This document shows, piece by piece, positions 44,112 to 51,421 of a DNA stretch of 64,000 bases. Source of the stretch: Candidatus Poribacteria bacterium. Its GTDB lineage: Bacteria; Poribacteria; WGA-4E; WGA-3G. Location: assembly GCA_963663765.2 (NCBI GenBank), contig CAXXUA010000015.1, positions 448,001 to 512,000 on the forward strand, given 5' to 3'. Position 1 is the first letter of the stretch, and every line of letters starts with the position of its first letter. The notes beneath the pieces were generated by a model, which worked only from the letters and a program-made list of their open reading frames with translations, was not told the origin of the DNA and searched no databases. The position numbers and the translations under genes were made by a program.

Positions 44112-44726
44112 ATGTTCTTGTTATTGTTGTCCATAAAGGAAGACATGAAAAGTTTACAAAACGGTAAATGTGAGAAGTTTCCAAGAACACCCGTGGATAG
44201 TTTCCTTGAGTCATTGCGATTTGCGAAGGCAAAACCGCATATTCCGAAAGGTGCATGTCTTTTAGATATCGGTGCTGGCGATGGCGCTTTCTTACGACAC
44301 CTCAATGGACATATCCACATCGGCGTTGGAATTGATGCAAATCTAACCCAATCCGCTGAGTTTGAGGATTATCATCTTGTGAAAGGTTACTTTCCGGACG
44401 ACTTTGACACAAACAAAACCTTTGATGTCATTACGATGTTGGCGACTGTTGAACATATACCGATGGGGATGCTCCCAAAAGTCGTGGATATGTGTTGGGA
44501 TTACCTCAAACCTAGTGGTCAGGTTGTTATCACAGTACCTCATCCTCGTATGGATGGACTTCTGGATTTCCTAAAAACTTGCAGGATAGTTGAGGGATTC
44601 TCCATGCATCAGCATTACGGATTTGACCCTGAATGTCTTCCAGATATTTTCAACCGTTGGCAACTTGTCCAAAGAGAACGTTGGGGATTTGGATGCAATA
44701 ACCTTTTTCTTTTTGGAAAACGTTGA
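44112..44726 (+). CDS. Class I SAM-dependent methyltransferase, copy 2 (intact)
   Basis: LLDIGAGDG, FDVITMLATVEH and LKPSGQVVITVP motifs. Confidence 0.85.
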   Translation: MFLLLLSIKEDMKSLQNGKCEKFPRTPVDSFLESLRFAKAKPHIPKGACLLDIGAGDGAFLRHLNGHIHIGVGIDANLTQSAEFEDYHLVKGYFPDDFDTNKTFDVITMLATVEHIPMGMLPKVVDMCWDYLKPSGQVVITVPHPRMDGLLDFLKTCRIVEGFSMHQHYGFDPECLPDIFNRWQLVQRERWGFGCNNLFLFGKR

Positions 44727-44881
44727 CTGTTATCCCTGCTCTGCAGGTGAAATTTATAACTATTGCTTATTTTTTAATTCGAAAAATTCAGTGGAAAACA
44801 TAAAATTGAATACATGCAAATCACAAACGCATTGTTTTCCACGGACCGCCACAAAAACAAAGTGGCAAGGAGAATAACAAA

Positions 44882-45796
44882 ATGAAAAGAAGATTCGTTG
44901 AATGCGCTATCCTTTTAGGTATTGTGATGTCTGTCATGCTTTTTGCACAGACACAAGATGGATTAGGACATAGTGCCTGTATGCACCTCCCTGTTTTTTA
45001 TGTTGATTCAGCGGGATGCAATATTGGAGACGGGAGCGGAGATGATCCGAGAGGTTTAGATTTTCAAACTATGGGCGGTTATGAATTTCAAACTATGGGC
45101 GGTTATGAATATAGTCACAGTCACATAAGCACTGGTCATGGATGGTATTACCAAGGCGGATTGTTGAATCTTGCAGATCAGGAAGCAACGAATAATCCGA
45201 GTAGTATTAATCACCCAGGTGACACTACTAAACAAAAGATTTATAAAATGGATGTTATAACTGTATGCTTAACTAATGTCTCTACTGCTAGTGCAAGTAT
45301 AACTCCGTCTCTTAGCTATGCTGATGCCTTGCCCCAAAAGGACGATAATATCCAAGGAACAGGAACAATAGAACTTTCGTTCTCAGGTGTGTGCTATCAT
45401 GAGATCCGTTCGAATGGGAAAAATCGCCGATGGTGTGTTGAAAATACAAGAGGAAGTACCCTATGGGGACCTAAAACAGAGGTGATTTGGGTTAAGATTA
45501 GGATATTAGAACACGCCTCAAAAAGAGAAGGTTCTTTCGGTGGAGGACTTGGAGGAGCCTACGGAAGTATTTCATCTGGGTACTCTCACAGTGATCAGGT
45601 GACCGAAAAAAATATTCATGCCCGGTCCTTTGGAATAAATGCTAAGCTCCGAGGTCAGCATTTTGACAATGTTATAGAGAAACAAGACAAATTTTCTTAC
45701 GCATACGGGAGTCTTGAGTCTGCAAATTCTGGTGATGTCTGCAGCACATATCTAGGTATTGATGATCATCAATGTCCAGGCTCGGGTTCGCAATGA
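44882..45796 (+). CDS. Secreted Cys/Gly/Ser-rich hypothetical protein
   Basis: AAGGAG RBS, signal peptide, 24-bp internal duplication (FQTMGGYE x2 at 45062-45109). Confidence 0.75.
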   Translation: MKRRFVECAILLGIVMSVMLFAQTQDGLGHSACMHLPVFYVDSAGCNIGDGSGDDPRGLDFQTMGGYEFQTMGGYEYSHSHISTGHGWYYQGGLLNLADQEATNNPSSINHPGDTTKQKIYKMDVITVCLTNVSTASASITPSLSYADALPQKDDNIQGTGTIELSFSGVCYHEIRSNGKNRRWCVENTRGSTLWGPKTEVIWVKIRILEHASKREGSFGGGLGGAYGSISSGYSHSDQVTEKNIHARSFGINAKLRGQHFDNVIEKQDKFSYAYGSLESANSGDVCSTYLGIDDHQCPGSGSQ

Positions 45797-45834
45797 AGGT
45801 TGGAACATCTCAAATAATAAACAAAACTCTACCT

Positions 45835-45862
45835 TTGGGACGGGTACTAAATCCCGTCCCAA
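45835..45862 (+). terminator. Stem-loop (terminator or mRNA-stabilising hairpin)
   Basis: TTGGGACGGG-tactaaat-CCCGTCCCAA after the 44882 ORF; no clear U-tract. Confidence 0.45.
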
Positions 45863-45932
45863 CGTATCAATAGGAGCAGTGTAGGACTGACAACCTATAA
45901 GACAGGCACCTTATAATTCTGAGGAACCCAAA

Positions 45933-47312
45933 ATGAATAAACAGATGATTTTGACAACCATAATATCGCTCATTGTGGTTATAGGCGTTGTTCTCTATAT
46001 TAGCAATAAAAATAAAGACTCGCAACTTGGTATAGAAAAACAGCTCAAGTCAAAGCTGCACGAACACATCGCGCCCGATGGGACTTTTATAGAACATCGC
46101 CATACTTACACACAAAACGAACTATCAGAAAATATCGTGACAACGCGCCAGGTACTCGCTGCAAAGTCCCCCATCCAACGGGCGTGGGAACGTCTTGACC
46201 TTGAAGAAATCCGACGAAAATATCAACCCTATACAGTTGCTGAAATGCATGAAATGTGGTCGTCTGGTTATAGAAGCCAATTTGGCCCCAATTATCCATA
46301 TCAACTTGATGAGACTTATCCACAAGATGAATGGCTTGAACGTAATTTGGCACTTGGACAACCATTTTCTAGTTGGTCAGACTATAGAATGGTGTTGCAG
46401 CGACGCATATACATGATAGACCATGAAAATCAATGGCGGGTAGCAAATGAAGACAGAAAAGAATACATGCGTAAAGCACTTGATTTGCCATCTGATATAG
46501 ATACTTGGGAGGAATATGAAGAAGCATACCTTAAGTTCTTTATTGTTGCCTCAAACGCAGAACTACAAGCAGAAGAAGCAGATCCGAGTATTTTAGGTGG
46601 TACCACAAGAACCGATGGAACGTTCACTCCTTTTAAAGAGAATACTGTGTATGCTCACATCAATCCTAAAAGTGGTTATGTAAAGTTCACAGGTGTGTCG
46701 TTAAATGAGAAAGAAGAAAAGGAACTGGCAACGTATGGTGTTGTCCCTGAAGGGATTAAAGTCATCTATACGGATGAGGGTGGAAAGCCTTTACCATCGG
46801 ACACACCATCTCCGCGTTTCTATGAACGTGATATGGCATCGTTGGAAAAATCGCTAAACCTCCTGCAACAGCAGATAGAAGAGCATGAACTGTTGTTAGA
46901 GTTGGACGCGCAGCTCGATCCTCCTAATATAGCAACGCAAACTGATCCCGTGCCACACGAACACCCACAGGATCATGAACATGACCACGGACATGAAACA
47001 CCTCAAACCCCTGATGAAAAACCCGAACAGCAACGCCGGCAGCCCGATGCAAAACGGACACCACCGCCGCGAAAAATACCGCCTGAACTCCGTAAACCCG
47101 ATGCGGTCAATCAGTGGTTTAAAGAACTGCAGTTACTCCATGGTGGTCAATTACCGAAAGATTTGCAGGAACTCCGAAAAATCATTACGGAATTGGAAAA
47201 GATCAGGGAAGAAGGTGAAGCGATCATGAAGCCACCCGAACGCCCAAAACGCCCGACACCACCTTTGCCACCTGAAGGAAGTCCACCACCTCCACCGAAT
47301 GAAGATGATTAA
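45933..47312 (+). CDS. N-anchored hypothetical protein with His-rich and Pro-rich segments
   Basis: N-terminal TM; HEHIAPDG..EHRH and HEHPQDHEHDHGH; core similar to the 47299 ORF. Confidence 0.75.
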   Translation: MNKQMILTTIISLIVVIGVVLYISNKNKDSQLGIEKQLKSKLHEHIAPDGTFIEHRHTYTQNELSENIVTTRQVLAAKSPIQRAWERLDLEEIRRKYQPYTVAEMHEMWSSGYRSQFGPNYPYQLDETYPQDEWLERNLALGQPFSSWSDYRMVLQRRIYMIDHENQWRVANEDRKEYMRKALDLPSDIDTWEEYEEAYLKFFIVASNAELQAEEADPSILGGTTRTDGTFTPFKENTVYAHINPKSGYVKFTGVSLNEKEEKELATYGVVPEGIKVIYTDEGGKPLPSDTPSPRFYERDMASLEKSLNLLQQQIEEHELLLELDAQLDPPNIATQTDPVPHEHPQDHEHDHGHETPQTPDEKPEQQRRQPDAKRTPPPRKIPPELRKPDAVNQWFKELQLLHGGQLPKDLQELRKIITELEKIREEGEAIMKPPERPKRPTPPLPPEGSPPPPPNEDD

Positions 47313-47934
47313 GGTAGTGGGTTTTGCAAGAAACACAGTGAAAACTCCAATAATAAGGTTCGTTATTGTCATCATAAGCGTTGCTACTGTGTGTTTCATC
47401 TATTTCAGGACGCAGAAGGTAGAGGCACCCTCACCAGTAAACGTTACCGAACAAGAACACAACCTAAAATTGCAAGGTGTTAAAGGTTTTGCATGGTTTA
47501 AAAATTGGGACGAACTTGACCTTGCCACAGTCAAAAAATACTATCAACGCTACACCATTGATGAAATGCGGATACTGTGGGATGTAAAACTACATGGTAA
47601 GTTTGGTAGTTATTCAGGCAAAGCGTATGCCGAGACTGTCTACCCATGGGATGCATATCTTGCACGCCTGCTGGAATTAGGACATCCTTTTATTGACTTC
47701 TCGGACTATGAGAGTGCTTTAGACACACGGATGAGTCTTTTAATTCGAACACGAACCTACTGGCAAACGATGAATAGAGATGAAAGAGACGCGTATATAA
47801 ACATACTCGGATTGTCCCCGGATGCAACATGGGAAAAGTATGAGGAGTCACTGATAAAACAGATCGTTGTTTACCGTATCAATTGGTGGCGTTCAGGTGG
47901 TATGGACCCTTTCTCAGAGTTGGAATTCCGATAG
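47299..47934 (+). CDS. N-anchored hypothetical protein (family shared with 43168 and 45933)
   Basis: N-terminal TM; W..LDL....YQ.YT..EM...W and YP.D..L.R.L.LG.PF...SDY motifs. Confidence 0.7.
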   Translation: MKMIKVVGFARNTVKTPIIRFVIVIISVATVCFIYFRTQKVEAPSPVNVTEQEHNLKLQGVKGFAWFKNWDELDLATVKKYYQRYTIDEMRILWDVKLHGKFGSYSGKAYAETVYPWDAYLARLLELGHPFIDFSDYESALDTRMSLLIRTRTYWQTMNRDERDAYINILGLSPDATWEKYEESLIKQIVVYRINWWRSGGMDPFSELEFR

Positions 47935-47979
47935 GTTACCTATTTATTGTTGTCGTCACGATTTCTGATTGTAATAAAA

Positions 47980-48729
47980 ATGAAACATTTATTAACACTT
48001 ATCGGTTTCCTTGTCGTCATCGGGTTCAGTATAACTGTATTTTTTGTCCTCGGACGTTGGCGAGGTTCTGAAGCAATAAATATACCTAATGTCCCCGGAC
48101 AACAAATAGAAGGCACTGCTCAGGATATAAAAACGCAGAAACGCACACCGCGAAAGCAGAACCCTATCCAGAAAAGCAATGATAAGACCTCTAACGACCC
48201 AGAAGACTTCTACCGTGTTATTATTGAAAATAACATATTTCGCCCTCTGAACTGGAAACCGACACAACCAGAACCAACGTATACATTGCTTGGGACCGCT
48301 ATTACACCAGATGGTAATTCCGCTACTGCATACATAACTGAGCGGAAAACCAAACAGTTTTACGCGGTGAAGATAGGTGAGAAGATAGGTGATGCCGTCG
48401 TCAAAAAAATTCAGACGAAGCAGGTTACGTTAGACAAAAACGGTAAGATGTTGAGTCTTTCTATGGTTTCTGTCCCGTTTCTCAGCCGGACCGGCAGTCG
48501 TAGCAGTCCAGCCTATCGCGCACCACAGCCGCAGCCGCAAATGGTATCCAAAAGTAGCAACTCACACCGCACACAACCACGTACGACGAAGGACCAAGAA
48601 CGTCAAGCATGGCGCGATATGCAAAAGGAACGGATAGCAGAAATGAAAAAAATGGCTGAAAAACTCCGTACTACCTCAGAGGAGGAACGCAGACGGATGC
48701 GGGAACATCTTGAACAACAGAAACGTTAA
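47980..48729 (+). CDS. Type II secretion GspC/PilP-like protein
   Basis: N-terminal TM; NNIFRP..YTLLGT....ATAYI......Y.VKIGEKIG...VKKI....VTL..NGK...L matches the GspC HR-domain pattern. Confidence 0.6.
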   Translation: MKHLLTLIGFLVVIGFSITVFFVLGRWRGSEAINIPNVPGQQIEGTAQDIKTQKRTPRKQNPIQKSNDKTSNDPEDFYRVIIENNIFRPLNWKPTQPEPTYTLLGTAITPDGNSATAYITERKTKQFYAVKIGEKIGDAVVKKIQTKQVTLDKNGKMLSLSMVSVPFLSRTGSRSSPAYRAPQPQPQMVSKSSNSHRTQPRTTKDQERQAWRDMQKERIAEMKKMAEKLRTTSEEERRRMREHLEQQKR

Positions 48730-48763
48730 AATCCCAGATAAGACAAAACACAAAACATATCAA

Positions 48764-51274
48764 ATGAACCACTCTTTGCTCTCTCGTATCGGTGCATTAA
48801 TCTTGTTCGTCGCAATTATATTTATAACGTTTTGGATCCGTATACAGGGCGTAGAACGTATTCCAGATGGACAATTCACTGCAAATGATGCCTATCTCTA
48901 CTATTGGAACGCACAAAGAATCGCTGAACTCGGACATCTCCCTGCTATTGACGAACACCGTTGGCTGCCTCAAGGGAGAGACGTAAGTCAAACGCTTGCT
49001 TTTTACTCGTACATCTTGGTTTACGCGCACAAAATTATAGAACCTTTCTTTTACAAAGTGTCCCTCTATGATGTCCAACTTTATGCCCCTGCAGTCTGTT
49101 TTACGCTTGGACTCGGTATCTTAGCACTATTTCTCATCCGCACAGTCGGTTTTCTCTTTGCTTTTATTGTTACCGTGCTACTAGCAACGTTACCGGGTTG
49201 TGTGGATAGAAGTGCCGCTGGCTTTAGTGATAGAGATGCATGGTGTTGGTTATTAGGTACCCTTGCTGTTGTCTCTTATCTCTGGAAAGAAACGATACCT
49301 CTAAATCCCCCTGATAAGGGGGACAAAGGAGGTTCCACTCCTGATAAGGACAAAGACGATGTTATCCCTGTCAATGGAGACAAGGGTGATTCTATTTCTA
49401 TCACGTGGAGAAGATTGATCGGTAATTGGCGTAGGTACATTGCTACTGCCCTGTGCGGGTTTATCGTTTTCTTAGGCGGTCTTTCATGGGAAGGGTTCGG
49501 CGTATTTCTCTTAGTCATTCTCTTGACTGAGCTTTGGAAGTTCTGCACTACCGACACAGAAAAGGGTTTGCTTGAGTATGCAATATGGGTGGCAATGTTC
49601 GTACCATGGCTCTATCTCGCTTCACCTGTATATCAGCGCGGGCAGTTTTTCGCTGCACATCTTACTGCCCTTGTGTTGGTGCCACCGCTTGTTGTTCTCA
49701 GCCTCCGAGGAACGCGATATCTCCTGCTTCACTTCTTTAGACCGATCCGACCCCATGCAAGAAAACTCGCGGGACTTCTTACACTTCTGGCAATTGCTAT
49801 TGGTGGATTTTACGTTTTTTTCCAAGTTGATACATTTGCAAGTACTGCGCTCCCGTTTAGTGAAAACCGACTGATGCAACAGACAACCGAACTATACAAC
49901 CCAAGTTTTAGCTATTGGGTGTCACGATATGGTGGCGTGTTTGTTCTGGGCAGTATCGGATTAGTCGGTACATGCTTCCATTTGTGGAAATGGGAAGGTC
50001 TCCTTTTGGCTACTGCACTTTCCATGTTTTCATCCACTACTTTCCTGCAAATTCCACTAACAGGTTTAATAGGTGTTACTCTATGTGATGCGTTGTTCTT
50101 TGCTTCGTTAGGTCTTGCGGTCATCGGTATCGGTTTTGCGTGCATCCGAAAAGTAACTACCCAAAACGAATATGCCTTTATCGGAACCATCGTATGGTTT
50201 CTGTTATGGGTCGGTTTATCAAGGGACGCGTTACGTTACGACTTCTTTATCGGAGTTCCATTAGCAATCGGTACCGCAGTTATTCTGGTCCGTTCGATCA
50301 CGTCTAGAAAACTTATTCTCATCAGCAATAAGCCCATTCATCCTAAACTCATAACAGTCGCGTTTGCAATTGGCATGTTGGTTCTGCTTCTGTTTTTGCC
50401 ACCCGCCGGTGGCTTTGCAAAGAGTACAATCCCAGCTGCCAGTACACGTCCCTTGGTACCTGGGAGGGGGAGTTTGCCGCAGGCATATACATGGATGAAG
50501 AACAAACTGCCCGAAGATACAACGGTGATCGCAGCAAACTGGGGATACGGCAGTCAACTCAACGTTTTCGGTGGTGTAAAAACCATCGTTGACCAGGACC
50601 ATTTTATCCAACACTGGATATATCTTTACTATCGGCACGTTTATTGCGCGCAATCTGAACAAGAAGCTTTAGAATTCCTCAAAACACACAATGCAACCCA
50701 TCTGATGTTAATCGCCAGTGACCTAATACCGGGGGCAAGGAAGGTTTCCTTTGTCGGTAGTGATGAAGACTTTGATAGACACTTTGATCTGCATGAGTTA
50801 GCGTTGCTGCCTACTACCCTTGGAACACAGTATACTCTTGCACCAAGAAGACATCAAGAGCGTTTCATACCACCGACAACCTTAACTTCTATTGATATAG
50901 TTGGGACAGATGCTGAGAATTTGTCTGTGACTGCCCGTTTCAAAGATGATGAAACAATCCAACTTCCTTATATTGCTTATGTTGGAAGTCAACAGGTTAT
51001 CCCACAGCAAACAGTTGATACTGAAAAAGGTGGGGTTGTGCTATTATTTGATTCACACAAAATCCTTCGCAATAGTTTTTTTATCAACGATATTGGTTGG
51101 AACAGTCTCGCTGTCAAGTTATTTATACGCGGTGAACACTCTGATGCTTTTGAAAACGTGCATACAATCACCCCACAAGGTATAGATGTCCCACCTGAAA
51201 TCAAAATATGGAAAATCAATTATCCACCAGACATCAAAAAGAAGCAGAAATACCTTGAAACAAATTTCCAATAA
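48764..51274 (+). CDS. STT3/PglB/AglB-like oligosaccharyltransferase, paralog 2
   Basis: FTANDAYLYY, RSAAGFSDRD, RDALRYDF; AANWGYGSQL at the WWDYG position; clearly paralogous to 40659-43124. Confidence 0.75.
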   Translation: MNHSLLSRIGALILFVAIIFITFWIRIQGVERIPDGQFTANDAYLYYWNAQRIAELGHLPAIDEHRWLPQGRDVSQTLAFYSYILVYAHKIIEPFFYKVSLYDVQLYAPAVCFTLGLGILALFLIRTVGFLFAFIVTVLLATLPGCVDRSAAGFSDRDAWCWLLGTLAVVSYLWKETIPLNPPDKGDKGGSTPDKDKDDVIPVNGDKGDSISITWRRLIGNWRRYIATALCGFIVFLGGLSWEGFGVFLLVILLTELWKFCTTDTEKGLLEYAIWVAMFVPWLYLASPVYQRGQFFAAHLTALVLVPPLVVLSLRGTRYLLLHFFRPIRPHARKLAGLLTLLAIAIGGFYVFFQVDTFASTALPFSENRLMQQTTELYNPSFSYWVSRYGGVFVLGSIGLVGTCFHLWKWEGLLLATALSMFSSTTFLQIPLTGLIGVTLCDALFFASLGLAVIGIGFACIRKVTTQNEYAFIGTIVWFLLWVGLSRDALRYDFFIGVPLAIGTAVILVRSITSRKLILISNKPIHPKLITVAFAIGMLVLLLFLPPAGGFAKSTIPAASTRPLVPGRGSLPQAYTWMKNKLPEDTTVIAANWGYGSQLNVFGGVKTIVDQDHFIQHWIYLYYRHVYCAQSEQEALEFLKTHNATHLMLIASDLIPGARKVSFVGSDEDFDRHFDLHELALLPTTLGTQYTLAPRRHQERFIPPTTLTSIDIVGTDAENLSVTARFKDDETIQLPYIAYVGSQQVIPQQTVDTEKGGVVLLFDSHKILRNSFFINDIGWNSLAVKLFIRGEHSDAFENVHTITPQGIDVPPEIKIWKINYPPDIKKKQKYLETNFQ

Positions 51275-51421
51275 GATAAACAGGCATGACAGTTAATATT
51301 ATCATTTTTATCTACTCTTATTACCCCTACAAAGCGCACCTACCATTTAGTGCGTAAGTCCTGATTAGAAAAAAAGGAGAATCTGAGTCCATCTGAACGT
51401 TAGGTAAATAGGGGCAGACAT

